From contig CAKKNE010000003.1 in assembly GCA_918797485.1 (NCBI GenBank), forward strand, positions 1,240,001 to 1,304,000: a stretch of 64,000 nucleotides of DNA. Direction: 5' to 3'. Below, piece after piece: positions 46,779 to 56,255 of this stretch. The notes beneath the pieces are model-generated. The model did not search any database and was not told the origin of the DNA. It saw only the letters and a list, made by a program, of their open reading frames with translations. Numbering within the stretch: the first letter of the stretch is position 1; each line of letters starts with the position of its first letter. Both the position numbers and the translations under genes were made by a program. The stretch is from Pelagomonas calceolata (lineage: Eukaryota).

Positions 46779-47245
46779 ATGCGCTCTCTGCTTGCCCCAA
46801 CACTGGTGATTGCAGCTTGCTCTCTCACAGTGCAGCCGCGCATGACGCGACGCAGCCTTGGCGGTCTGCTGCCGGCACTCGTCGCGTTGCCGAGCCAGAC
46901 AGCGTTTGCAGCCGACCTCAAGAAGGACTGCATCAAAGACTGCGTTTCAAACTGCAACCGCGTCGCGCCCGGCAACAAGGCGTACTGCGCGGTCCAATGC
47001 GAGGACTACTGCGCCCAGGACGACCGCAAGGAACCCAGCGAAGGAAACTAGGCGACGTAGATCACGTCGATTTCCGTGCAGGCAAGGACGGCCTGTCCGG
47101 GTCCGTCTCGAGCGAGGGCGGCGAGGTCGGCTGGACGAGCTACGCGCGAGCTGGCAACACTGTGGAATACGGCGAAGACAAGCCACCCCAGATGGACATC
47201 CTACCGAAGTCCTTGCTGCCCCAGGCGCTCAGGGGAGGTTCGTAA
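46779..47245 (+). CDS. Small Cys-rich protein with signal peptide + twin-arginine motif (probable thylakoid lumen protein)
   Basis: Signal peptide, TRRSL + hydrophobic stretch + AFA, CxxxCxxxC...CxxxCxxxC. GC-AG intron 47026-47081 joins DDR|KDGLSGS. Confidence 0.7.
47034..47081 (+). mobile_element. Minimal introner-like element; GC-AG intron 47026-47081
   Basis: Ends TCGATTTCCGTGCAG; TSD GCAAGGAA / GCAAGGAC (7/8). Confidence 0.68.
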
Positions 47246-47251
47246 AATGAT

Positions 47252-48646
47252 TCATTTAACACTCGGCGGAGGAAAGCTCCGCGCCGCGTCGCGCCACGCC
47301 TGGGTGGCGCGGCCCGCGGCCTCGTGGGCCGCGAGGGCCGCGTCGCGGAAGCTTGACGCGCGGGCCTCTTGTTCGAGCGTCGCCGCCGCTCGCCGAGTCA
47401 GCAGCGCCACGGACCGGGCGAAGGTGCCGTACTGTTCTATCTCGTGGTAGTGCGCGCGCGCCCGACAGGCCGCGGCGTACGCGTCGCCGGCCGCCGCGAC
47501 GGCGACGCGCTCCCGCGGGTCGAGGGGCCTCATTCTTGGATCGTCGGAGCGGTACCAGTTGCCGTCCGTTTTGTCGATCTTGTAGCGGTAGCCGCTCCGG
47601 TGCGTCGGCTTCATGTACGACGGCGTCGCGTCGACCTCGGCGTCGACGCCGGATGCGCGCGGCGGCGCGTCGGGCGCCGTCGAGGCGGCCTGGCCGGGCC
47701 GGGCGCGGGGCGGCGACGTCGACGCGTCGTGGACGAAGCGCCGCGCCGCGTCGCTCGGCGACTCGCCCGGCCGGCGGTCGAGGAAGTCGTCGTCGCGCGC
47801 CCGGGCCGCGGCGCGGCGCGCGTCGGCGTAGCGCGTGCTCATGGCGGACACGACCCACGGGTCCGGGCCCGGCGGCGACGGCGGCGCCGCCGCGGTTGGC
47901 TTCTTGCCCTTGCCGCGGGCCGCGCCCGCCCGCGCCGCCGGGGCGCCTCGGCCCGCCCGCGCCGCCGGGGCGCCTCGGCCCGCCCGCGCCGCCGGGGCGC
48001 CTCGGCCCAGAATCACGTTCGAGGCGGCCGCCGCCGCCGACACGGCCTCGGCGGCGTTGTCGAGGTCCCGCTCGGCGGCCTTCTGGGCCTCGGCGTCGCG
48101 GCGCCGCACCTCGGCCTTGGCCGCCTCGACGACCGAGAGCGCTTTGTCCAAGTGGTGCTCGGGCGTCTCGTCCGGCGGAGGTGGTGGCGGCGGCGCGACG
48201 TTGACGCAGAGGTCGCGCGCCCGGGCCCACCAGGGCTTCTCCGTCGGCGGCGGCGGCGGCGGCTTGTGCCGCCGCGGCCGCGTCGTCGGCCGCGCGCGCG
48301 GCTTGGGCTTCGGCGGCTCGGGCGCGGGCTTGGCACGGGCGCGCGCCGCGCGCGACGCCGTGCGGAACGCCGGCGCGGCCGGCACCGTCGGCGCGCGCCT
48401 CCGCGGCCGCGGCCGGCGCGGCGGCGTCCGCGACCGGCGCGGGAGCGGCTCCGCCTGGTCGCGCAGCAGGCCGCGCCAGGCGTCGTTCGCTTCCTTCATC
48501 GCGCGCGACTCCGCCCGGGCCTCGCGGTCCGGCGCCGGCGAGAACGTGTGCTGCGCGTCGGCCCAGGCGCGGTGCGCCGCCAGGGACCGCTCGTTACGCA
48601 CGTCGGCGGGGAGCCGCTGGGGCGGCAGGCGCGGGGCTACTGTCAT
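47252..48646 (-). CDS. Pro/Ala/Arg-rich hypothetical protein
   Basis: 464-aa ATG ORF filling the gap between neighbours; contains a 27-bp x3 repeat (GRGAPAARA). Confidence 0.5.
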   Translation of the reverse strand: MTVAPRLPPQRLPADVRNERSLAAHRAWADAQHTFSPAPDREARAESRAMKEANDAWRGLLRDQAEPLPRRSRTPPRRPRPRRRAPTVPAAPAFRTASRAARARAKPAPEPPKPKPRARPTTRPRRHKPPPPPPTEKPWWARARDLCVNVAPPPPPPPDETPEHHLDKALSVVEAAKAEVRRRDAEAQKAAERDLDNAAEAVSAAAAASNVILGRGAPAARAGRGAPAARAGRGAPAARAGAARGKGKKPTAAAPPSPPGPDPWVVSAMSTRYADARRAAARARDDDFLDRRPGESPSDAARRFVHDASTSPPRARPGQAASTAPDAPPRASGVDAEVDATPSYMKPTHRSGYRYKIDKTDGNWYRSDDPRMRPLDPRERVAVAAAGDAYAAACRARAHYHEIEQYGTFARSVALLTRRAAATLEQEARASSFRDAALAAHEAAGRATQAWRDAARSFPPPSVK

Positions 48647-48842
48647 TTTCTGGGCGCGTTAAAGGACGCGGCGGCCGTAACGGTGGGTTGCTTGTTGGAG
48701 CCGAATGTGGGGCAGCCGGCGATGAAACGGCGCAGCACGCGGCGGAACCGCGGGCTTTTCGTGCGCGTGGTCTCCTCCCCCCGTCGATGTGACGGCGTGC
48801 GCAGCGCCGCGGATGTCGCGCTGCGCAACAGCGCCGAACGAA

Positions 48843-48863
48843 CTAGTGTCTTACCCCGCTAGC
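48843..48863 (-). promoter_or_regulatory. Conserved upstream motif copy
   Basis: CTAGTGTCTTACCCCGCTAGC between divergent genes. Confidence 0.7.
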
Positions 48864-48931
48864 AAGCGGCGCTGTGCGAATTAAGTGCGAGGGGGCAGCA
48901 TGTATGCCTCCCGGGGCTGCATGTAAACAGC

Positions 48932-49645
48932 ATGCGAGCGCTGCTCGTCGTGATGGCCGGTGCGGCGGCGGCGCACTGCCCACCAGTCATTGGCACTGGG
49001 CTGCCGAAAGCGGGCACGCGGTCGCTGGCGCACTACATGCAGCAGGCGCTCGGCTACGAGACCTATAAATTCGCCGGCGGCCTCGACTTTGAGCGCGACT
49101 TCATCCCGCTCGTCGTCGAGGGACGGAGAAGCGACAGCGTCGTCCTGAAAAACAAGACATTTTACGACGATTATCCGTGGTACGCCGCGCCGTGCGCGTT
49201 CGCGAAGACGACCACCGCTCGCTTCGTCGTGATGGAGCGAAACTGCAGCGCCTGGGCGGCGTCGGCCATCCATCAGCTTTTTTGTCGATGGCTTCGCGGC
49301 GGCTGCGTTTCTGGCGGGTTCAACGCGAGCACGACCAGGTTCGGGTATCAAGTCACGTTCCATCACTTCGAGCGGCTGGCGAGCGGCTTAATCGACGACG
49401 CCTGCCGGTCACAGCGCGACGTGTGCGGCGGCGACACGCGGCTGGTGCCTCGATTCGTGGCGGCGTGCGAGGCGCACTCCCGACTCGTCCGAGACTGCGT
49501 TCCTCCGTCGCGGTTATTCGCGGCGCGACTCGACGTTTCCTTCAATCGCACTGGGCTTGAAGGGCTGGGGCACTTTCTGGAGTGCCAATATAAAAAGCCT
49601 CCGGATGAGAGTTGGGGCGTTTTTGGGCAGCGGGGCGTAACATGA
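48932..49645 (+). CDS. Sulfotransferase-like P-loop protein (Sulfotransfer_4 type)
   Basis: Signal peptide, VIGTGLPKAGTRSL, DYPW, FVVMER....WAAS, VPPSRL. Confidence 0.72.
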   Translation: MRALLVVMAGAAAAHCPPVIGTGLPKAGTRSLAHYMQQALGYETYKFAGGLDFERDFIPLVVEGRRSDSVVLKNKTFYDDYPWYAAPCAFAKTTTARFVVMERNCSAWAASAIHQLFCRWLRGGCVSGGFNASTTRFGYQVTFHHFERLASGLIDDACRSQRDVCGGDTRLVPRFVAACEAHSRLVRDCVPPSRLFAARLDVSFNRTGLEGLGHFLECQYKKPPDESWGVFGQRGVT

Positions 49646-49671
49646 TTGCAAAACACAACAGCTTTAGACAT

Positions 49672-51312
49672 CTAGGACGGCGCAGCGCTCCGCAGCTCGC
49701 CGACGCGCCGAGCCAGTTCTGCGCCCGCCCAGCGCGGCCCGTCGCAGCGGGCCCCGAACCACCAGTTGACAGCGAGCGTTCTTGGTGCCTGATGAACTTC
49801 GTGCACCCAGCCGGCCGGGAGGTAGAGCAGGTCGCCCGGCCGCACGTCGGCCACGGCCGGCGCCGGCTCCGTCGCTGCGAGCGACGGCACGTCGAGCCAG
49901 TCGACGAGCTGCTCCGGTTGATCGTCGACCAGTCGCCACGACCCGTCGGCCTTAGTCCACCGCGCCGACACGCACGACGCGACCGGTAGCCAAGCGGGCG
50001 CAGTCGGCGGCAAGAGGAGGAACCGCTTCGCACCTTTCAAGACCAGGTACAAGTTCTCGAACGCGCGGTCGCGGTGCGCGCTTGTCACGCTCGCGGCGCC
50101 TCCATACCACACATTCACCGCGTCCGCCTTGGCCCGGCCGCTCTCGGCGAAGGCCCGCAGATACGCCGGCGGCAGCGGCCAGTCCTTCCGCGCCGCGACC
50201 CTCCTCGCCAGTTCGGGGAATTGGCTCAGCGAGCCGTCCTGGTCCGAGACGTAGAGCACGTCCTCGCCCTCTTCGTCGACGGCGGTCGGCTTCCCGCGGC
50301 GCACCTCCGGGCACGCGAGCCGCGGCCGGCCGTCGTTATGCGCACGATGGATGGCGTCCGCGCGGCCATCTGGCGTCGCCGAGACGCGGACGTCTTCGGC
50401 CTCGAAGAACGCCTCGACGGCCGCCGCGTCGCCGCCGTCGGCCAGGCGCAGGATCACCGGCCGCGACGCCGCGACGTAGTCCCTCAGGAAGCAGTAGGGC
50501 GACAGGTCCTCCAAGTCCACCCGTCGCACGGTCCGGTCGATCCACAGGTCCTCCGCGTCGCGCCTCGCCTGCGCCGCAACGTCGTCCAGGCCCTTCCGTG
50601 AGTCGAGCACGACCTCGACCTTGTTATTTGTCGCGCGCGGCTCGAGGCCGCGCGCAGTCTTGACCACAGACATCCACTTCCGCGTCCGCGCGGCGCCGGG
50701 CGAGCCCGGCGCCGCGCCGGCCGCGGCGGCGAGCGCGGCCGCGACGGCGGCGGCGTCGGCGTCGCGCAGCCTCGCCGCGGCCGCGGGCTGCGCCGCGTCG
50801 AGCGCGCGCAGCGCCGCCGCGCAGCCGTCGCGGCCGCCGCCCCGGACCCAGTCCTCGAGCATGCGCGCGAAGCCAGCGTTCGGCAGCGCCTGCGGCCGCC
50901 GCGCCTCGAGCCATGTCGTGGCCGCGGCCGGCGTTGCGAGCGCCTCGGGCAGGTACGCGAGCGCGTAGGCGAGCGACACGGCCGACGACCGCGACACGCC
51001 CCGCGCACAGTGCACGTAGCAGTTCAACCCGTCGAGCCGTGCGGCGTGCAGGAAGCGCACGGCGACGTCGAGGCGGTCCCGCAGCGCGTCGGCGGCGCCG
51101 GGCTCGTCGGCCACGGGCAGCCGCAGCCGCTTCCCGACCGAGGGGTGCTTCTGCTGGTCGACGCACGCGACGCCCAGCGACACCGCCGCGCCGATGCGCC
51201 ACTCGTCGAAGAAGCCGCCCTCCGCGTCGCTTAGCGGCTGCTTGCCGCCCTGCCAGAGGGCGCTCTTCGTGCCAGCCGTGCCGGGCAGCAGGAGGCTGGG
51301 CTTGCCGCCCAT
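49672..51312 (-). CDS. Dual-specificity phosphatase fused to JmjC (cupin_8, JMJD7-like) oxygenase
   Basis: LPVAD, YVHCARGVSRS, RRPQALPNAGF; then DYVAASRPVIL, TPDGRADA, NVWYG, TSAHRD, ENLY, K, GDLLYLPAGWVHEV, AVNWW. Confidence 0.8.
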   Translation of the reverse strand: MGGKPSLLLPGTAGTKSALWQGGKQPLSDAEGGFFDEWRIGAAVSLGVACVDQQKHPSVGKRLRLPVADEPGAADALRDRLDVAVRFLHAARLDGLNCYVHCARGVSRSSAVSLAYALAYLPEALATPAAATTWLEARRPQALPNAGFARMLEDWVRGGGRDGCAAALRALDAAQPAAAARLRDADAAAVAAALAAAAGAAPGSPGAARTRKWMSVVKTARGLEPRATNNKVEVVLDSRKGLDDVAAQARRDAEDLWIDRTVRRVDLEDLSPYCFLRDYVAASRPVILRLADGGDAAAVEAFFEAEDVRVSATPDGRADAIHRAHNDGRPRLACPEVRRGKPTAVDEEGEDVLYVSDQDGSLSQFPELARRVAARKDWPLPPAYLRAFAESGRAKADAVNVWYGGAASVTSAHRDRAFENLYLVLKGAKRFLLLPPTAPAWLPVASCVSARWTKADGSWRLVDDQPEQLVDWLDVPSLAATEPAPAVADVRPGDLLYLPAGWVHEVHQAPRTLAVNWWFGARCDGPRWAGAELARRVGELRSAAPS

Positions 51313-51388
51313 CAATGCGAGTAACACAGTGGTCCACCGGTAGCCGGAATGCCTCCGCAGCGCCGGCAGAGCCTCATGATCATCAGAC

Positions 51389-51413
51389 CTAGCGTACTCT
51401 GTGAGACACTAGC
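51389..51413 (+). promoter_or_regulatory. Conserved upstream motif copy (diverged)
   Basis: CTAGCGTACTCTGTGAGACACTAGC between divergent genes. Confidence 0.6.
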
Positions 51414-51632
51414 CCAAACCCGAACTTTGGAAGCTTCTTGTACAAGGAGGATAAACAGCGACTCAAAGACGGCGCCAGGCCCTGGGCGAGGCGTCGCCCG
51501 CCGGCCAGGAGACGGCCGGCGAGAAGATCATACCAAAACAGACCACGCTCCACGCGCAAACGCGGTGTCGCGCGACAATACACACTGCCAACAGGACGCC
51601 ATCGACGGGCCGAGGCTGCTGCCCCGCGGAAC

Positions 51633-52676
51633 ATGATGATGCCCCCAAAACCATCCCAAAAAAACCAATCGAGGCCGGGCCGGCGCATGCCCTGGGAGCC
51701 CCGCATCCGCGTCGACGCCCGGGACATGGCGCGCGCCGAGATCCGGCCCCGCGCCGCGCCGCCCAAACCGAGGCGGCGCCGCGTCCACGTGCCGCGGCCG
51801 ACGCCGACGCGCGTCTCGAGCGAGGAGGACGACGCCGAGACGGACGCGGCCGCGGCCGTGGCGCTCGTCGTCGCCGCGGCCCAGGACGCCGAGACCGCGG
51901 ACGCGGCGACGGACGCGGCCGTCTGCCGGAGCCGGCCGCGCGGGCCCGACGACGACACGGTCTCGACGCTGACGACGCGGCGGCCGCCGGGCGAGCAGGG
52001 CACGGACGTCGAGGACGACGACGACGACCTGGCGGACGAGGCGTCTCCTAGAGATTTCGGGGCGGCGCTGGCGGATGCGCTCGCGCTCGCCGAGGACCCG
52101 CGCCACGCGGAACTGCTGACGCGCGTCCTCGAGGACTGCGTGGGAGGTAAGGAGGCCCCGCCACCCACTCCGCAAGCCTCGGTGGACGCGGCGCTCGAGA
52201 TCGCGGCGCTCCTCTCGGCCGACGCCGCGGGCGAGATCGCGCGGCGCCGGTCCGTCGACTCGCTGGATAAGAGCGCCCGCAAGTCGCCGCCGCCGCCCGC
52301 GCCGGCGACGTCGAAGGCCGTCGTCGCGCCGCCGCCCGCGCCGCCGCGGCGGCGCCGCGTGGCCCAGTCTTTGGTAGATTTGCAGCGCGACCGCATCCAG
52401 GAGCGCGCGGGTTTAAGAGCGGCCGTCGGCCGCGCGGAGGCGGCGTACCGGCGCCTCCTCGCGCGCGCGGGCCGCGAGGCCGACGCGGCCGGCGTGGCCA
52501 AGCGGGCGACGAACCGCGCGCTCGTCGCGGCGATGAAGGAGGTCGAGGCCGCGTCGCTCGCGCTGAAGCGCTACGACGCGCGGTCCGCGCGGCGGCGCGC
52601 TAGGCCCCACGTCCGGCCGCCCTTAGATTTGTCGCTCGACGCGCCCGTGAAGCGGAAACCCCCCACGAAGAAGTAA
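51633..52676 (+). CDS. Hypothetical protein
   Basis: ATG ORF with GC3-rich codons and a C-terminal helical region; no family recognised. Confidence 0.5.
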   Translation: MMMPPKPSQKNQSRPGRRMPWEPRIRVDARDMARAEIRPRAAPPKPRRRRVHVPRPTPTRVSSEEDDAETDAAAAVALVVAAAQDAETADAATDAAVCRSRPRGPDDDTVSTLTTRRPPGEQGTDVEDDDDDLADEASPRDFGAALADALALAEDPRHAELLTRVLEDCVGGKEAPPPTPQASVDAALEIAALLSADAAGEIARRRSVDSLDKSARKSPPPPAPATSKAVVAPPPAPPRRRRVAQSLVDLQRDRIQERAGLRAAVGRAEAAYRRLLARAGREADAAGVAKRATNRALVAAMKEVEAASLALKRYDARSARRRARPHVRPPLDLSLDAPVKRKPPTKK

Positions 52677-52715
52677 TAAACTTTGGCAACTTATGCGACG
52701 ACGAAGAGCCTATGT

Positions 52716-54711
52716 TCAAGAGTGCGAGCCGGCGCGCTGGCGCAATTCCACATCCTTCGGATTCGCTTCGATGTCGTCGACGAGCGCCGTCTTCGACGAC
52801 ACGCGCGTCACGCCGCCGTCGAGCGCGTCCGCGGCGCCCTTGACCGCCGGCCCCGCCAGCTGGATGAACTTCTTGTCGTCGGCCGACACGCCGATGATCT
52901 CGAAGGACTTCTCGACCTTCTCGTAGCGCGCCGCGACGTCGGCGAGCGCGTCGACGGCCGTGTAGTCCGCCACCGCGCTTCTTGATAAATCCACGACGCA
53001 CTTCTGGGGGTCCGCGCCCGGCGTGAACGCCCGCGCGAAGTCCTTCGACGTGCCGAAGAAGAGGGGTTGTAATGGTTGGTACACGACGCAGCCCGGGCCA
53101 TTCGTGCCCTTGACCACCTGGAACCGCGCGCCGCGGTTCCAGGCGTCGAACGTCGACAGGACGACCGTGCCCACCACCACACCCACGGCCAGATTGAAAT
53201 ACACCGCGAGCACCGTCGTCAGCACGATGACGAACGCGTCGGCCTTCGGGATCCGCGGCAAGGGCCCCGCGACGCGCTCCACGCACTTGAGTAGGCTTTC
53301 GGGCAACACGTGCGACGCCAGCATCGGGAACGTCTGCCAGTTGAATGTTGAGAGTACGACCATAAACAGCACGCCTGTCAGGGTGCCAATGGGCACCGTC
53401 GAGATGACCGGCGACAGCGCCACCACAAAGAACAGCATGAGGATGCCCGCCGTCGCGCCCGACAGCCTTCCACGGGCGCCGTTCACGGAAATGTTGATCG
53501 TCGACTGGCCGATCATGGCGTCGCCGCCCATGGCCCCGAACAAGCCGGAGACGGCGTTCGCGACGCCTTGCGCCACGCATTCTTGGTTCGAGCGGAAGAC
53601 GGACGGTAGGGTCTCCGTGATCTCGTCGCAGGCCTGCAGCGTCATCACGGACTCAATCAAACCGACGAACGTCAGGGAAATGCCGTACTGGAAGATGACG
53701 CCCCACTCGCCGTTCCCGTTCGAGGGTACCTGGGGCAGGTGGTAGCGCGGGAACGCGCCCTTGAGCTGCTCCGTGCCGCCGACGGTCCGCGTCGAGACCC
53801 CAAACCCCTCGCGGTTCACGTAGTGCTCCCAGAGCGTGCCGAAGATGATGGCGACCAGCGACGACGGTAACAACCGTTGGTACTTCTGGGGGATGACCTT
53901 GGGCCAGCCGACCATGATGGCCATCGTGAACGCGACCAACAGCAGCCTGTGTGGAAATCAAATTTCGGGCGCGCCACGCCGTCGACGCCATTCTGTCTCC
54001 GCAATGATAACCTAACTCGCTGGTTGACTTCCACACAGACAACAACGTGAGCCAGGTCTTCGCCGCGTCCTCGCCGCCCAATTCCATCCACCGCCGCTCG
54101 TTCTCCTTGCAGTCCGAGAAGTAGTCCGGCGACGATGGCGCGGTCGCCTTGGCGTAGGGACACTTCTTAAAAGCTCCGAACTGCGCGTAGAAAATGACGA
54201 TACCTAAGCCATTCATGAAGCCGACCATACAAGGTTTGGAGATGAGCTTGACCAATTTGGCCAGCTGAAACAGGCCGCATAGCGTTTGTAAGATGCCGCA
54301 CACCAGCACCGTCATCAGCAGGTGGTTGAAACGGTCGCCCTTCGAGTAATCGGATAAGGGACCGGAGTCGGCCATGAGGTCTTTAATCACGACGGCCATG
54401 GCGCCCGCCGCGCCGGAGATCATGCCTTCCTTGCCCCCAATCACGGCCGTGATGAACCCCAGGAAGAACGTCGAGTACAAACCGACTAAAGGAGGAACGC
54501 CCGCCACAAAGCTAAACGCGACCGACTCGGGCACCTGCATGACCGCCACGGTGATGCCGCTGAGCACCTCGTTCTTGAACGATTCGGGATTGTTCTTGTA
54601 GTGCGTGAGGGAGTCGACGGCGTACTTCGGCAACGAGAACCCGGTGAGGATCTCCCATGCCGACTCTTCCGCGGCCTTGACCTCCTGAGCGTCGGCGAGG
54701 TCACTGTCCAT
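52716..54711 (-). CDS. SulP/SLC26 anion (sulfate/bicarbonate) transporter with STAS-like tail
   Basis: EVLSGITVA...VPESVAFS..AGV.P..GL, GMISGAAGAMA, GFMNGL, VGLIESVMT, NQECVAQG, MGGDAMIGQS, PLFFG. Intron 54046-53947. Confidence 0.92.
53947..54038 (-). mobile_element. Introner element; intron 54046-53947
   Basis: CTGTGTGGAAATCAA...TTGACTTCCACACAG; TSD ACAGCAGC / ACAACAAC (6/8). Confidence 0.9.
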
Positions 54712-55038
54712 TATTGTTGTGGGGGGGCTTTTGCACATGCACCGTTGGTGGGCTCTTTTTTTGGCCGCGGGGCGGCACTCCTTTTTGCTGCGTTTCGATG
54801 GCTGCGATGCGGCGTAGTAACCGGGCTGCGTGCAATTGCTTGCACAGCGGGGCGCGCGGCGACATACACATCACTGCCTCGACCGCTAGAGCCGCGACCG
54901 CTAGCGGGGGCGCGCGCTACGCGTAGTTAGTGCGGTGAGGCCAGTCCACTAGTGCTAGCACGTAGTTAGTGCGGTGAGGCCAGGAAAGATACAAGGCGAG
55001 TCGGTCGAGAAATAAGTTAGGAGCCGGAGCTACGTAGT

Positions 55039-55797
55039 TCACCCGAAGGTGATCGACGACCGTCCCCCGGGCGGCGCGAGCACGCGGCACGACGGCCGGT
55101 CGGAAATGCAGTTGCCCACGTTCTGGCCGCCGTTGCCGTTCGCCCCGCCGTACGACGCGACGCCCGAGGTCGGCGCCCGCGCGAGGGACCGGTTCGCGTA
55201 GGCCTCGCGCGCGTTGGTGTCCGGGCGCCGCGGCTGCCCGAGGTACGCCTCGAGGTGGTCCGCGCGGTCCTGCACGACCTGCTCACGGCGCCGCTGCTGC
55301 ATGATCTCGTCCTCGACTTCGCGCCGCAGCGCGGCGCTCTCCCGTGCGACGCGGGCGTCGTCCTCCGCATCCGCGCGACGCCTAGAATGGCGCTCGTTCG
55401 CCTTGCGTTCCTCGTTCGCCCGGATCTGCGCCTCGATGTCACGGCGGTACCGCTCCTTCGAGTTCATGTCTTCCATCGACGCGCGGGCGTGAGCTGGCCG
55501 CTGGTAGCGCGGCTCCGGCGCGCCGGCGTCGGCGATGGCCCAGGACGTCTCGCCGCCGGGCGGCGCCGAGACCTTGATCTCGGGGCGCCGGAGGCGGGGC
55601 TGCCCCAATTGCTCGTCGGTGGGCTCCAATTGCAGCGGCGGCCGGGCGAAGGGGTCTTTGATGGGCGACGACTGCTTGTGCGGCTGCGCGAAGAGGTCGT
55701 GGCGGCCGGCGTCCGGCGTGGCAAGCTGGGGCTGCCGCTGCTGCTTGAGGGCGTTGCGCCGCCGCGACTCCTCCCAGCGCGCCAGGCGGGCGGCCAT
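55039..55797 (-). CDS. PPGG-motif (SPIRAL1/Jupiter-like) putative microtubule-associated protein
   Basis: C-terminal NGGQNVGN.ISDRPSCRVLAPPGGRSSITFG and internal KVSAPPGGETS; central coiled coil. Confidence 0.7.
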   Translation of the reverse strand: MAARLARWEESRRRNALKQQRQPQLATPDAGRHDLFAQPHKQSSPIKDPFARPPLQLEPTDEQLGQPRLRRPEIKVSAPPGGETSWAIADAGAPEPRYQRPAHARASMEDMNSKERYRRDIEAQIRANEERKANERHSRRRADAEDDARVARESAALRREVEDEIMQQRRREQVVQDRADHLEAYLGQPRRPDTNAREAYANRSLARAPTSGVASYGGANGNGGQNVGNCISDRPSCRVLAPPGGRSSITFG

Positions 55798-56255
55798 GTT
55801 GCTAGGCGCTACTGTGCCTGTTTCCGTGGCGAAAATGCGCCGTCTTTTGACGCGCGAAGGCGTCGCGTGATCAGGCATTGACAGGCAACGCCAAACGTCG
55901 GAACCCGAATTGAGTTGGAAAAGGGAGAATGCTACACCGAATTTAGCTGTCGCAGGTATGTTCCGTCGTGGGTAGATCTCTTGCGTCTTTTTCTCTGTGT
56001 TTTGGTTAACAGCTTTTGCAAGCCAAGCTTGGAGGAAGAGAGCAAGCTCTGCGAGAGCCTGCTCGAAAGAGCTGCCATTCCTGCGCGGAAGCTGAGGACA
56101 CATACTTGCGGCTGCCCCGGGCGTCCTGCGTCGCTGCCCGTCGTTCATTGGCCCCCATAGCGCCACACAAGCTGCAGCCCTCAGCCCTGAGCAGGGTTAG
56201 CCCACCGCACACGACACGCAGCACGCCATCGACGCGCGGATAGCGCACACGTGCG

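Noticed and set aside
24639..54711. Sulfur cluster (two sulfotransferases, SUMF1, SulP)
   Set aside because: Spread over 30 kb among unrelated genes; the families are large, so chance co-location is likely.
56222..56236. Isolated CACGCCATCGACGCG introner core upstream of the GFA-like gene
   Set aside because: No TIR, TSD or confident splice pair could be assigned; it may be a 5'-UTR intron remnant, but this is unsupported.
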